DNA of 64,000 bases from Myxococcota bacterium (GTDB lineage Bacteria > Myxococcota_A > SURF-8 > G963663525): assembly GCA_963676915.2 (NCBI GenBank), contig CAXXVK010000059.1, positions 18,735-82,734 of the forward strand, read 5' to 3'. The notes below the pieces were generated by a model. The model had not been told where the DNA came from, did no database searches, and was given only the letters and a program-made list of their open reading frames with translations. Made by a program: the position numbers and the translations under genes. Shown here in pieces: positions 37,350-48,187 of the stretch; position 1 is the first letter of the stretch, and each line of letters opens with the position of its first letter.

Positions 37350-40300
37350 CTACTGTTCTCGTATTTCCTGAAAGATAGAATCCACAGAACCTCGATCTAT
37401 AATCATTACTGACTTTTTCTTTGCGAGTCGACGGCTGCCTCGTGAGAATCCAGCAGCGTTCGTAACCACGGCCAACTTTATTGGATCAGGAAGCCCGTAA
37501 CGATTTGCCGCCCTTAAAACTTCCTCCACAGCACCCTTTCCAATCAATCTGCTGGGGGATTGTGTATGTTTGCATTGCAATATCAGGTTTGGCAAACTGG
37601 ATGTTTTTGGGGCTAATGCGATTCCATCAGCTCCGGCATCATGGGAGGTAGGAGTTGTTTGAACGGTGTATCCCTCAGACTTCAGTTGACCAAGTACCCA
37701 ATTTTCAAAAGCAACAGGTTCCATTAGATCAATGGTCGTAAGAATGCTTTCTCTGCTCCCTGTTTTGCCAGTAGCATAACCATGCACAGTATCTTCAAAT
37801 AGTTCTGTTGCATCACCACTAGAAAAAGCTGTTGGGGCCAATACCGTTTGCGACAACTGTCTTTTCCTGTCCAGCAAGGCATTCAATTTCAAATCAAAGC
37901 TGTTTTCCCTGTAGTCAGGATGAATTGCAAGTGGGTAGTAGACATTCACGTCTTTTGATTGGCCAATTCTGTATGCTCTATCGGTGCATTGATCCTCCAC
38001 AGCCGGATTCCACCATCGTGAGAGATGAATCACATGGTTTGCAGCTGTTAGTGTCAAACCAACGCCACCCGCTTTCGGGGAAAGGATCATGCAATCGAAG
38101 CCTTGTTTTTCCTGAAATTGGTCTACCCGAAGTTTTCGCTTCTCTCCGCTGACAGTCCCGTTGATAAGCAATGGTGGAGAACATAACGAATATCGCTTTT
38201 GAATGATCGTGCTTAAATTTGATTGCATGTCACAGGATTCAACAAAAATCAAAGCCTTCTCACCCTTATCTTTGACAGAGTCAAGTGTATTAAATAATTG
38301 ATGTAACCGGGCGGACTGGCGTATGTACATTTCATCCGATGCTTCAGGGCTAATAAAGGGATGCAACGAAATGCTTCTAAGACGATGCAAAGTTTCCAGC
38401 ATCAATCCTTTTTGCCGCCCCTCACTCGATCGGGCCATCTCAATTGCTTGCGAATAAGCACTTGCTTGAGTCGGCGGCATTGTCTCTTCAAGGTTGTGAA
38501 ATTGGATCTTGGGGAGGGAAGATAACTCTTCGTTCTTCATTCTACGAAGCATCAATTGGGGCGAACTCTCGGTTAACAGTATCCGATTTAGTTTGTTTGC
38601 AGATTCAATATGTTCAGCGGTTGCTTCGTATTCTTTTACAAAATCCTTTAATGAACCGAGAACTCCCGGTTGCACCATATCCAAAATGCACCAAAGATCC
38701 GCCATTCGATTCTCAACGGGTGTTCCCGTCATCGCAATACAGAATTCAATTTGCATCGCTTTGGCTGCTTCCGTCATCGCAGTACTGGGATTTTTCACTT
38801 TCTGAGCTTCATCAAAGATGGCGGCAGCCCATTTTATTTTACCGAAGCTATGCTGATAATCTCGGAGTGTCTCGTAAGTCGTTAAAACCCAATCATTCCT
38901 TTCAATGGCGCGTATATCAAGCAAAGCAATTCCATGGGTCAATTCATTTCCTTTTTCCGCCCCTTGGATTTTTAAGCATCTGAGTTCTTTCCCGTAAGCG
39001 AGCAGTGGCTTTCCGAGTCCTGGTGATTGAAGATGTAGGCCGTGCTCATCACTCCAGTTTTTCAAAAGACCGGTTGGAGCAACGATAAGGATCGGATTGG
39101 AAGGGATCTGACCTCGTTCCATTAACTGGCGCAACCAGAGCAAAAACGCCAACGAAGTGAATGTCTTTCCCAATCCCATATCATCTGCAAGCAGTGCACC
39201 CGAAGTCCCTTTAATAAGATGTTCCTGAAGCCAGTTTAAGCCTGCTACCTGATGATCTTTTAGCGTAGAACGGAGCTTTTCTGGTATCGATTTACTGAAT
39301 GAACGTTGATTGGATGTGCAGGCAATATATTCGAGATCTTCGATTTGATCTCGGATGAGCAATACTGTTTTTTCCTTTGGAACAGAAGATTCTTTTTGCC
39401 CCCTATCTTCCCCCTTTTCTGTTGGCTTAGGCTGGGCTTTTTCCGTCAGAGTCTGTAAAGAATCTAAAACATTCTGTGTTGCTGGAAGCTCGTATTCACC
39501 GTATTTTATCGTATCGACGTTTTCTTCTATAGCCGTCCTGACTTTATCTCTGATTTCCGGCAAATCTTCAGGTGGAATTGTTACGAATTGATCTCCAAGT
39601 CGGATTCCTAGTTGTTCGGGCGGAAGCCAGGGTTCCTTGACTGCTTTGATCCATGGGATTACTTTGGGCTGCCAAAGCCCTATGGCCTTTACGCGATCAC
39701 TGTAGCCCTCTTCTGAAAATAGGCTTTCGAGGATTTCATCAACAATTTGGTCGCCGATTTCATTTTTAAGAAAAGATCGAGGATTGCGGATAAACGCCTT
39801 ACGGACTTCGACCGGTCTCTGTTGATATTCGTGAACAACTTCAAGCCCTCTGCGGATTGGTTCAGTAAGAACAACATACCAGTTATCCTGAGCAGGATAA
39901 TGCTTCATAACTTTTCGGCGCTTACGGAAGTATTCTCCAAAGTTGCGACAATACACAGGAGGTAAAGCTTCGGAAATGATATCTCCCTCAAACGGGCTTT
40001 CAATGTCTGATTCTTCCCTGTTAATTGGAACAGGGTTGAAATCCGGTTCACCTGAGTCGTTAATAAAGGGGGCTAAAGTAAAAGCATTTGGAAATGCAAT
40101 GTTCATTTCTCTAAGGTATGGATCAACATCTGCTTCATAGTCGAAATCCGGAATTAGCGATTTGATCAGAGCAAGAAGACGCCATTTGACATCAAGGGGT
40201 TGTGCAGCCTCGGTATTGAAATCGTCGATAATCGAAATAATCGAAAATAGCGGATCAAGCAGGGTATATTTCGAGTTTCCGATTTCTGCAATACAGCCGG

Positions 40301-40676
40301 TTCGATGCTCTATGCTTACAGGTCGTCCACTATGATTGTACAAGGCATACCTGAATCGAAATTCCGGTTCAGTGATTATTTCTTTTGAGGGCGGTAGCGT
40401 GAGAACAACCGGAGGAGTAGAAGGCAACCCCAGTGCAGTAAGTTTTCCAGGGGTGAGTGAAGCGATACGCCCGTGTGGAATTAAGAGATAATGATTATCC
40501 AGCATCTTGGCTTCTTCAGATTCAAGAAATGATTGCAGAATTCCTAATCTTGCAGGCTTGCCATCCTGTGTGTTGCATGAATCAAGACCCCATGAATCAT
40601 AGGAAATATTCCCCGAAGTTCCAAAAACATTAAAACGAATGCCATTTGGCAGCACTGACCATTCAAGTATGTTCAT
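37350..40676 (-). CDS. zorD: ZorD: SNF2 helicase with C-terminal Mrr-like nuclease
   Basis: LADDMGLGKT, DEAQ, TGTPVEN, WWNPAVEDQCTDRAYRIGQ; FE..D.GAD..QCK. Confidence 0.9.
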   Translation of the reverse strand: MNILEWSVLPNGIRFNVFGTSGNISYDSWGLDSCNTQDGKPARLGILQSFLESEEAKMLDNHYLLIPHGRIASLTPGKLTALGLPSTPPVVLTLPPSKEIITEPEFRFRYALYNHSGRPVSIEHRTGCIAEIGNSKYTLLDPLFSIISIIDDFNTEAAQPLDVKWRLLALIKSLIPDFDYEADVDPYLREMNIAFPNAFTLAPFINDSGEPDFNPVPINREESDIESPFEGDIISEALPPVYCRNFGEYFRKRRKVMKHYPAQDNWYVVLTEPIRRGLEVVHEYQQRPVEVRKAFIRNPRSFLKNEIGDQIVDEILESLFSEEGYSDRVKAIGLWQPKVIPWIKAVKEPWLPPEQLGIRLGDQFVTIPPEDLPEIRDKVRTAIEENVDTIKYGEYELPATQNVLDSLQTLTEKAQPKPTEKGEDRGQKESSVPKEKTVLLIRDQIEDLEYIACTSNQRSFSKSIPEKLRSTLKDHQVAGLNWLQEHLIKGTSGALLADDMGLGKTFTSLAFLLWLRQLMERGQIPSNPILIVAPTGLLKNWSDEHGLHLQSPGLGKPLLAYGKELRCLKIQGAEKGNELTHGIALLDIRAIERNDWVLTTYETLRDYQHSFGKIKWAAAIFDEAQKVKNPSTAMTEAAKAMQIEFCIAMTGTPVENRMADLWCILDMVQPGVLGSLKDFVKEYEATAEHIESANKLNRILLTESSPQLMLRRMKNEELSSLPKIQFHNLEETMPPTQASAYSQAIEMARSSEGRQKGLMLETLHRLRSISLHPFISPEASDEMYIRQSARLHQLFNTLDSVKDKGEKALIFVESCDMQSNLSTIIQKRYSLCSPPLLINGTVSGEKRKLRVDQFQEKQGFDCMILSPKAGGVGLTLTAANHVIHLSRWWNPAVEDQCTDRAYRIGQSKDVNVYYPLAIHPDYRENSFDLKLNALLDRKRQLSQTVLAPTAFSSGDATELFEDTVHGYATGKTGSRESILTTIDLMEPVAFENWVLGQLKSEGYTVQTTPTSHDAGADGIALAPKTSSLPNLILQCKHTQSPSRLIGKGAVEEVLRAANRYGLPDPIKLAVVTNAAGFSRGSRRLAKKKSVMIIDRGSVDSIFQEIREQ

Positions 40677-40697
40677 TTCGCTCCTCTACTGGCATTG

Positions 40698-42107
40698 TTA
40701 CGGCATGTAATCTGACCAATCAATCATAATGCCGGTGTGATCACGTACATAGCTTGCGATTGAATACTGCCATTTTCCCGATTCGGATTGACGATGCGCA
40801 AAGTAGCCATCGGCATTGTCATTTATCAGTCGATTCGTGGAGTATTCATCACGATAAAATTTTGGAGCCCAGCTGTTGTCTGACAAGAATATTCTACAGG
40901 CACCATTATGGCTCCACTCTGAAATAATCAGATTTCTGATTTTCAGAAGCAATACCGAATGGCTAGCAGTTCCTCCAATCAGCTTTCCATACTCCAGGTT
41001 TTGTTCTCCACGATACCGTTTTGCTTGAAGTTTTGCCGACCTACCAAGAACTACCCATGCATCTTCAATGAGCCCTTTCCTCAAATATGCCGACCAAAAA
41101 GCCCGACGATATTCCCAATGGAATTGATATGCGGTATCGTCAAGTAGGTTGAAGAAATCTTCCAAAGCAATTTCGACCAACCACCGTGTCATTACCCGTC
41201 GAAGATTATCCTGAACGTTTGGCCAATGATTCCCTTTAAAACGCGGATCCTTAAAATGCCTCAAAAGGCGATTTCTTATTAAGTCCTTTAACTCAGACGA
41301 AGGATCCGTGTTGATAAATGGCTTAAGAAGAGATTCAGCGTAGGAAGATTGAAGTTCAACAAATCTAAGTCTTCTATCTTCACCTTCAATCAATTCCAAG
41401 CAGTGCAGTAGCCATTCAGAATTTGCCGAGTCTTGACTCAGTTTTGCCTGTATCTCAGCCAATAGCTCTGTCAAGGTGTGTCTAATAAATTCGGAAGTTC
41501 TTAGCTTCGGAGTCAATCCGCTTTGATCCTCTTGAAAATCCGCCTGAGGATTTTGGGCTAGTATTCTCGCAAATTTGTGAGAACCTTCTGGCTCAAGGTA
41601 GCCAGTGTAGTTGCAATATTTTTGCAACTTTGCAAGGCGGGTTCCATTTTCTTTAGCAAGTATAGTTGCTAAAGCTTCGCGCCAAAACTTAAACAGAGGA
41701 GATTTAACTGGATAATTGTATACGAACGACCGAAAAAGAACGCCGATTGAAGATGGCTTGGCATGAGCTTGGAGCCATTTGATGTAAGAATTTGCGAATG
41801 CCTGATTATTGAAAAGCCACTTTTTAGGCTTATCGATGGGATAACAGATCACCCACGGGGCAAGCCGTAGCGTTCTTGGGGAAACATATTTAAAGCCAAA
41901 CAGTGACCTCGTTGAGTCTTCCAATTCTTTACGGATCGCAGCAAAATCCAAATTTGGTGGAGGATTTTCTGATAGAACATCAAAACGCCTCTGAATCTGC
42001 ATCACTTCTCGGATTGTAGCCCGAGGCTCGAAATTTGGAGGAAACGGATGCGGCCCGACAGCATCAGGGAGTATTGATTTCAGTCCATTTGGAAGCAGTC
42101 TGGTCAT
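40698..42107 (-). CDS. zorC: ZorC: EH-signature domain protein
   Basis: R..FW..Y, ISEWSHNGAC, H..W; position between motB-like and SNF2 genes. Confidence 0.88.
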   Translation of the reverse strand: MTRLLPNGLKSILPDAVGPHPFPPNFEPRATIREVMQIQRRFDVLSENPPPNLDFAAIRKELEDSTRSLFGFKYVSPRTLRLAPWVICYPIDKPKKWLFNNQAFANSYIKWLQAHAKPSSIGVLFRSFVYNYPVKSPLFKFWREALATILAKENGTRLAKLQKYCNYTGYLEPEGSHKFARILAQNPQADFQEDQSGLTPKLRTSEFIRHTLTELLAEIQAKLSQDSANSEWLLHCLELIEGEDRRLRFVELQSSYAESLLKPFINTDPSSELKDLIRNRLLRHFKDPRFKGNHWPNVQDNLRRVMTRWLVEIALEDFFNLLDDTAYQFHWEYRRAFWSAYLRKGLIEDAWVVLGRSAKLQAKRYRGEQNLEYGKLIGGTASHSVLLLKIRNLIISEWSHNGACRIFLSDNSWAPKFYRDEYSTNRLINDNADGYFAHRQSESGKWQYSIASYVRDHTGIMIDWSDYMP

Positions 42108-42112
42108 TGTTG

Positions 42113-42913
42113 TCAGTGGCTCATTTGTTCACGGGTTTTAGTCACAGGCTCGGGTTCAACGGAAGGCGGCTCCATGATAAAGCGCAGATCGATCCTCCGA
42201 TTGCGCGCTCGTGATTCATTGTCAGTGTTCGGTACCACCGGACGCTGATCGGCATAGCCGCTTACACCGAAGATGATTTCATGATTACTATTCGCGAGTG
42301 TGAGCAGATCATTACCATCGTATAATAGTCCATTACCGGCTTCCCGCAATTCCTTTGATGTTTCGATCGAACGAGCAGTAGATAGTTCCCAGTTGTCATG
42401 GAATTTTTTGTGGCCAAGCGAGACTTTTATGTCGTCTGTGTGGCCCTCAATAAATACAGCATTTACCTTGGCCTTGTATCGGTTCAGCTTCCTTTCCTGG
42501 CAATAGGGTGCATCAAGATGGGTACTGACGTAACATGGCATTACAAGAGCCAGCGCAGATGCTAATTTGCGGATGTTTTCTCTGCCATTTCTATCCAACC
42601 TTGCACTTCCGGAACGGAAAAGAACTTCTTCCGGAAGACGGAGTACACCTTGTTCAAGGTCGATCACGACTTCGACACCTGCATCTTTCAGGCTTTTTTC
42701 CAGTTCCGTCAATAATTCATTACGGGCTTCTTTATTGGCGCGAAGTGCTTTTACTTCCTCATTTTTTTCCTGTTCCGCTTCTTTAAGGCTGAGAGCGAAA
42801 ACCATGAGTGCAATGATGAAAAGAAAGAGTAATCCCGCCATCAGATCGCTGACCGAAACTAGATATCCCTGACCGTCTTCGGGACTTAGCGTCTGTGAAC
42901 CATTTCCTTTCAT
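42113..42913 (-). CDS. zorB: ZorB: MotB/OmpA-like protein
   Basis: SVSDLMAGLLFLF TM with Asp; EGHTD, NWELS.AR, NRRIDLR. Confidence 0.92.
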   Translation of the reverse strand: MKGNGSQTLSPEDGQGYLVSVSDLMAGLLFLFIIALMVFALSLKEAEQEKNEEVKALRANKEARNELLTELEKSLKDAGVEVVIDLEQGVLRLPEEVLFRSGSARLDRNGRENIRKLASALALVMPCYVSTHLDAPYCQERKLNRYKAKVNAVFIEGHTDDIKVSLGHKKFHDNWELSTARSIETSKELREAGNGLLYDGNDLLTLANSNHEIIFGVSGYADQRPVVPNTDNESRARNRRIDLRFIMEPPSVEPEPVTKTREQMSH

Positions 42914-44688
42914 CTAGCAGCCTTCCCAAGCGTATCAGAGAGGTCGTCTAGTGTACTCTGGAGTTCCTCAATTACACCACGTAGATGCTGCATACCCTTA
43001 GCGGTCTCTGCATCTAGGCGTGTGCTAAACTCAATAACTCTCGACTTGTAGCTCTCGAATCGACTGTCAAGCTCTTCAAATACGTTTTGCAGGGATTTAT
43101 CCACACCTTCAAAGCGCTGGCGGTATTCCTCCCAAATCTGTTTAAAGCGATCCTGGGTTGCTTGGATAGACTGTACGGAATTATGGAGAGCTTCAGCGAT
43201 AACTTTGTTCTGTTCCAGGTTTCGTTCGCTTGCTTCCGACAAAGCACTGAGTGAAGCTCCTGTTTGCTCGATGCTTTGCAATGTAGACTGGGTTGTCCTC
43301 AAAATGGATGCCAGTTGATCGTTAACTTCCTTGGTTTGTATAAGTTGATCACGGCTACCGGAAATGATTGCATCGATGCGGTCAGCTGTATGGTCGAGCT
43401 CCTCCACCCGGGTCTTGAATCCCGACAAGGCATTGGTCATTGATGTCGCTGCGCTTTGTGACGCCTCGCGAAGTTCTCCTGCGATCCCTCCCGCCATTTT
43501 CTTTGTGATCTCGGTTAATTGCTGGATTCCCTGAGAAACCTGTTGTTGAAATGCGGCAGCGCCGGAATTGAACGTTTGTTCCAGTCCGTTACGCATCGAT
43601 TGAGTATTTGCAGAAATGCTCTGCACCAAGTGTTGCGTTGATTTTTCGGATTCTTCTTGGAAGGATTGCAGGGTATTTGCGCTTTGACTAATTGTCTGAT
43701 CGAGACGGGAGAGGGTTTCAGCCATTGATTGGAATTGACTGCCGGTCGCGCCTGATAGGCTTTCTTGAAACTTTTCTACAACGTTTTCCAGAAGCTTTTC
43801 AGTTGAATCTCCACGATCTGCGCGCAAACCTTCAATAGCTGCAATCATTTTGTCTATGCTGGGCATCAAGCGGCCAGCCACCTTTTCATCCAATGCATCT
43901 GCAATGGAAACCGCCAGGTCAGTATTGAATTTCTTCAGGTGGTGTGTTTGGGCTTCCAGTTCCGCCTGGAGCTTACCGGCCATCTTCTCAACGGTGAGGA
44001 ACTGAACGTGACGATCAACTTCTCTGTTCCACTTGTCGATTGTGATTTCAGCGTCACTTAGGAGGCGCTGTTTACCGAAAGAAAAGGCCATAGACGATGC
44101 AAGGCCGCAAATAGATGTCAGGAATGCCAGAGAAGCTCCTCCTAGAAGGTCGGAAAGACCGCTTTTCACTTGTTCGAGGTCTGCAGCCATCATCGCATCG
44201 GAAGCGAGAAAGATGCCAGCTGCCAAACCGATGAAGGTTCCCAGGATTCCTAGACCAGTAAGGATGTTTGGAAAGATATTAAAGAATGAAAGTCGTAAAG
44301 TAGTAGCCACAAGACTTTGGAAAGAGAAATACTCATCGGACTGGCGACTATTTCTTATAATCTTGTCGGAAATAGTTTGATCCGGAAACACCAGGTTTTC
44401 GGTGTATTCTTTCCAGGCGTGAGCAATTATTGGGTACTTTAATAAAATGGCTCTATTGAATTCTTCAAACCTGGAAGCAAATTCTGATTCATCGGTTATT
44501 GCGGAGAGTTCTTTTATTGCCCTGTTGATTTGTCGCTTCACTAGGGAAACTCGTGTATGAAAATACAGACTAATGACAATCAGTCCCAGAACGATTGCCA
44601 AGCAATAGATAAGTACAAATTTCCCACCGATCACGGAACGGGCTAGACTTTCTAACAACACACTATCAACAATTGACTCAATGCTCAT
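42910..44688 (-). CDS. zorA: ZorA: MotA-like membrane protein with long helical tail
   Basis: PNILTGLGILGTFIGL, AFLTSICG, long coiled-coil C-terminus; ATGA overlap with zorB. Confidence 0.92.
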   Translation of the reverse strand: MSIESIVDSVLLESLARSVIGGKFVLIYCLAIVLGLIVISLYFHTRVSLVKRQINRAIKELSAITDESEFASRFEEFNRAILLKYPIIAHAWKEYTENLVFPDQTISDKIIRNSRQSDEYFSFQSLVATTLRLSFFNIFPNILTGLGILGTFIGLAAGIFLASDAMMAADLEQVKSGLSDLLGGASLAFLTSICGLASSMAFSFGKQRLLSDAEITIDKWNREVDRHVQFLTVEKMAGKLQAELEAQTHHLKKFNTDLAVSIADALDEKVAGRLMPSIDKMIAAIEGLRADRGDSTEKLLENVVEKFQESLSGATGSQFQSMAETLSRLDQTISQSANTLQSFQEESEKSTQHLVQSISANTQSMRNGLEQTFNSGAAAFQQQVSQGIQQLTEITKKMAGGIAGELREASQSAATSMTNALSGFKTRVEELDHTADRIDAIISGSRDQLIQTKEVNDQLASILRTTQSTLQSIEQTGASLSALSEASERNLEQNKVIAEALHNSVQSIQATQDRFKQIWEEYRQRFEGVDKSLQNVFEELDSRFESYKSRVIEFSTRLDAETAKGMQHLRGVIEELQSTLDDLSDTLGKAAR

Positions 44689-44699
44689 GTGATACCTGC

Positions 44700-44806
44700 C
44701 TATTCATCTTCATCTCTCTCAACCGGCATCCGGGGTGGGGCCGTTTGCCACATCAGGTCGATTTCCTCGGGGGTGAGACTTTAAGCCTGGTTGACGAGGT
44801 CGGCCA
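44700..44806 (-). pseudogene. C-terminal remnant of a type IIG / N6-methyltransferase RM gene
   Basis: Manual translation ADLVNQA*SLTPEEIDLMWQTAPPRMP resembles known RM-fusion C-termini; in-frame stop. Confidence 0.5.
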
Positions 44807-45049
44807 AAGGCCCGCCATCGCCTTGGCGAGTGTCTTTTCATGAAACAAAGGTTTGACGTGACCTGTGGGCATCCGCTACCTGCTTGAAATTGCGAACAGA
44901 ATGAATCATTTCATGAAAAATCTTCTTTGGTGATTTATCCGAATCGATAACCAATTTATACCATCGGTGTGGCATAAGGAGAAAAGAAAATTGGTTGGAA
45001 CATTGGAATTCCATATGTTTGAAGGGAGTTGTCTACTTAGACAAGTGAA

Positions 45050-45430
45050 TTACTTCCTTGCGGATTTCGTGCCTGCCTGTTTCTTCGTCTTTCCCGGATA
45101 CGTCTCGAACACCCGCGCCATCAAATCAAGCGCCATCTTGCCTTCTTTGGTACCACGATCACGCATAAGCGCCCGAAATCGTTGGGTCAGGACATCCAAG
45201 TCGGACTCCTTTTTGTCGAGACTGATCTGAAAGAACTCGGAGAACGGCACGCCCAAAGCTTTGGCAAGGCGGTAGAACGTTTCGACACCAGGTAATTGCA
45301 CGCCGCGTTCCAAACGGCTGATGCTCTCGACGGACAAATTTGCCTGTTCAGAGAGTCGGACCTGGCTTACTCCCGCCTGTTTGCGCAGTTTCTTTACCTG
45401 CTGGCCGATTTTCGCTTTCAGTTCCTTCAT
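45050..45430 (-). CDS. XRE-family HTH regulator
   Basis: IGQQVKKLRK..SQ..LSE..ISRLERG..P..LAKALGV. Confidence 0.88.
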   Translation of the reverse strand: MKELKAKIGQQVKKLRKQAGVSQVRLSEQANLSVESISRLERGVQLPGVETFYRLAKALGVPFSEFFQISLDKKESDLDVLTQRFRALMRDRGTKEGKMALDLMARVFETYPGKTKKQAGTKSARK

Positions 45431-45656
45431 GGGCTTCTCCAAAGATTGAGAAATAATCCCAAATCCTTGCCCAAGCCGGAAGGAACTGAAAAGACCACAA
45501 ACAATGCTATTGACTAGCATCTTTACGACTATTATGCTGATTCACACCAGAACGAATGGGATGATTCTGCGGACAACATCACCGAAAAATCGCCTCGATT
45601 CTTGCCATAAGAATAATGAAGGCGATTTATCCAATTTATGAAATAGGAGACCTGAC

Positions 45657-47537
45657 ATGAAACGACTGCTTGGACTTTGGATTGGACTTTTGGTGTGGAG
45701 TTGCTCGGATTCGACGCTAACGACCTTCGATCATGCCGATCACGACACCGACATGGAGGAAACAGAGAACTCGAATATGAACGGTGATGTAGATCTCTCA
45801 GATTTTGGCGATGACGATCCTGAAAAGGAAAACGGGGCATGTGAACCGGATTTCCACTGGTGTGAAGGAAATGTCCTCCACGTCTGCAATGAGGATGGAA
45901 CCGACGAGTACATCCCGGTAGATTGTGGACCGATCGGTTGTGAAGCCGGGGCGTGCATCGAAGAGTACGCTGTTGCTTTTGATGGTGCTGACGGTTGGCT
46001 TGACCTTGGTAATCGATTCATTGCCCGTGACATGGAAACGGCGACGATCGAACTTTGGCTTCGTTGGGATGGAATCGTTGATGGCGGTGCAAGCCAGATT
46101 GTGTATGGCGAGGGCGATCCCATAGAACTGCAAATCACGGCCATGACCGACGGAACCATCGCTTTTGGACAACGTTCAGTACCGTCAAGCTGGTTCAATG
46201 TCTATTCGGTGACTTCGATGGACGATGGCAATTGGCACCACGTCTGTGGGATCAAGGAATACGGTGAACTTACATTGTACATCGATGGACGATTCGAAGC
46301 TCGTGACATAGATGAAAATTACACATCGGAGCCGCTCGGCGAGCCTCGCGCCTACTTCGGAAAACGCATCCCGATTCTTGGTGAGAACAGGCTGTTCCAC
46401 GGCGTAATTGACGAAGTGCGTATCTCCAACATCGTTCGATACACCGAGGACTTCGAACCTGACTACCGCCACGAACCGGACGAACACACTATTGCCCTGT
46501 GGCACTTCGACAAAGGAACGGGACGGATTGCCGTTGATTCCAGTGGAAACAACCTCAACGGAATTCTATCCGATGATGGCACGACCTGGACCGACTTTGC
46601 CGTCTGGCGAAACTGGGTTTGTACACCACAATGGGGCCAGTGCCAGCCGGACTCCACCGAGCGCAAGGTTTGTCAGGAAGATGGGTTGGGTTGGGAGGAG
46701 TCAACCGACTGCGGGCCGATCGGTTGCGAGGATCGAAGTTGCGTGGAAGAGCACGCGTTGGAATTCGATGGTACTGGATATGTTCGACTTGCCGATGACT
46801 TCCTGACTCGTAAGCAAGATCAGTCCACGGTCGAAGCTTGGATCTATTGGCCTGGAGCCGACGAGGACGCCGGTCACGTCTATAGCGAAGGTCATAACTC
46901 GAAGTTGATGTTGAAGCTCGGTCCTGCTACCGATCAGCATGCGGAGTTTTCCGTATATTGCCCTGGCGATAGTTGGAGCATTGCCCGCTGGGGGCATGCT
47001 CTCCCGGAAGGTTGGCATCACCTGGCGGGAGTCAATACGCTACAGAAACGGACGCTGTTCGTGGACGGCGTGCCGGTTGCCGAATCCGTCAAGGAATGCC
47101 CATTCGATTTAACCGACCAAGAGGCAAGCTTCCTCGGTGCGACGTATTATTCAGGAGAGGTTCTTCCCGATTTCAATGGCATCATCGATGAGGTACGTGT
47201 CTCCGACACTGTACGATATACCGAGGCTTTCGAACCCGTGTATCGCCACGAACAGGACAAAGACACCATCGGATTGTGGCACTTTGACAAAGGAACGGGC
47301 GAAATCGTTACCGATTCCAGTGGGAACGATTTCGACGGGGATCTTTCCAACAACGGCGTCACCTGGACCGACCAAGCTGTCTGGCGCAACTGGAACTGCG
47401 TCTCCGGTTGGATGAGCTGCGGGGACGAAACCACCCTGAATCGCTGCAACGCCAACGGGCGCTGGGTCGAAGAAGAGGTCTGCTCCGGCGAGCAGTCCTG
47501 TGAGGTGATCAACTCCTCCGAGGCGGTTTGCCAGTAA
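45657..47537 (+). CDS. Lipoprotein with two LamG-like domains
   Basis: VWSC lipobox, acidic linker, duplicated WHH..G..L(Y/F).DG..G.IDEVR.S..WHFD module. Confidence 0.85.
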   Translation: MKRLLGLWIGLLVWSCSDSTLTTFDHADHDTDMEETENSNMNGDVDLSDFGDDDPEKENGACEPDFHWCEGNVLHVCNEDGTDEYIPVDCGPIGCEAGACIEEYAVAFDGADGWLDLGNRFIARDMETATIELWLRWDGIVDGGASQIVYGEGDPIELQITAMTDGTIAFGQRSVPSSWFNVYSVTSMDDGNWHHVCGIKEYGELTLYIDGRFEARDIDENYTSEPLGEPRAYFGKRIPILGENRLFHGVIDEVRISNIVRYTEDFEPDYRHEPDEHTIALWHFDKGTGRIAVDSSGNNLNGILSDDGTTWTDFAVWRNWVCTPQWGQCQPDSTERKVCQEDGLGWEESTDCGPIGCEDRSCVEEHALEFDGTGYVRLADDFLTRKQDQSTVEAWIYWPGADEDAGHVYSEGHNSKLMLKLGPATDQHAEFSVYCPGDSWSIARWGHALPEGWHHLAGVNTLQKRTLFVDGVPVAESVKECPFDLTDQEASFLGATYYSGEVLPDFNGIIDEVRVSDTVRYTEAFEPVYRHEQDKDTIGLWHFDKGTGEIVTDSSGNDFDGDLSNNGVTWTDQAVWRNWNCVSGWMSCGDETTLNRCNANGRWVEEEVCSGEQSCEVINSSEAVCQ

Positions 47538-48187
47538 CTCTGAAAAATTGTAAAATCAGAAACGATCGGTTTCGGGAGAGATTTCCATCCCGTCCGGTCG
47601 TTTCTTTTACCTGCCGATAAATCGAGTATCGGATTTTCGCAGTATTCGAAAATCGACCTGATGGGTAGTAGAGGGAGACCCCTTTTCCAGGCCGAAACGA
47701 AAACTCCCATAGCTCTTGGTGTATATGAGGGAATTCGACACTTGTTTCTTCTTAAGGAATAATGGGAAGCACTGGCCTGTTCGTGGTCGTTTCCGATGCC
47801 TGGAATCGAGTAGCGGCCAGGGACTTCTGATGTAACAGTGAAGGTATCTTCGTCTGTGTCATTTTTTTGCGTTGCAGACATCAAAGTGCCGTCCTGAGCC
47901 ATAAGAATGGAACCGCCGAAACTCTGGAACACAGCATTATCGCCACCGAAACTGACGATGGTCTGCTGCACGTCGCCCCATGGGCTTTGACGGCTTCTTC
48001 GGTCATGTTTCGAAGCATGGTACACTTGGCAGTACCAATGATGCCCTCTGCCTCCAGACGTTCGACCATACCTTTGCTTTGTGGTCTGCCGTCCAGGCTG
48101 CGGCGGCAGCGGGGTGGCGAATCCTAACTGCACGGCTAAACACCGAAGAGTAGTAGGTTTGTAGTCAGTGGTCATGGTAATCTACCA

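Noticed and set aside
47860-48175. Degraded IS21-like transposase fragment (LGF..P, PQSKGMVER in different frames)
   Set aside because: Motifs are short and scattered over frames; cannot be supported without a search.
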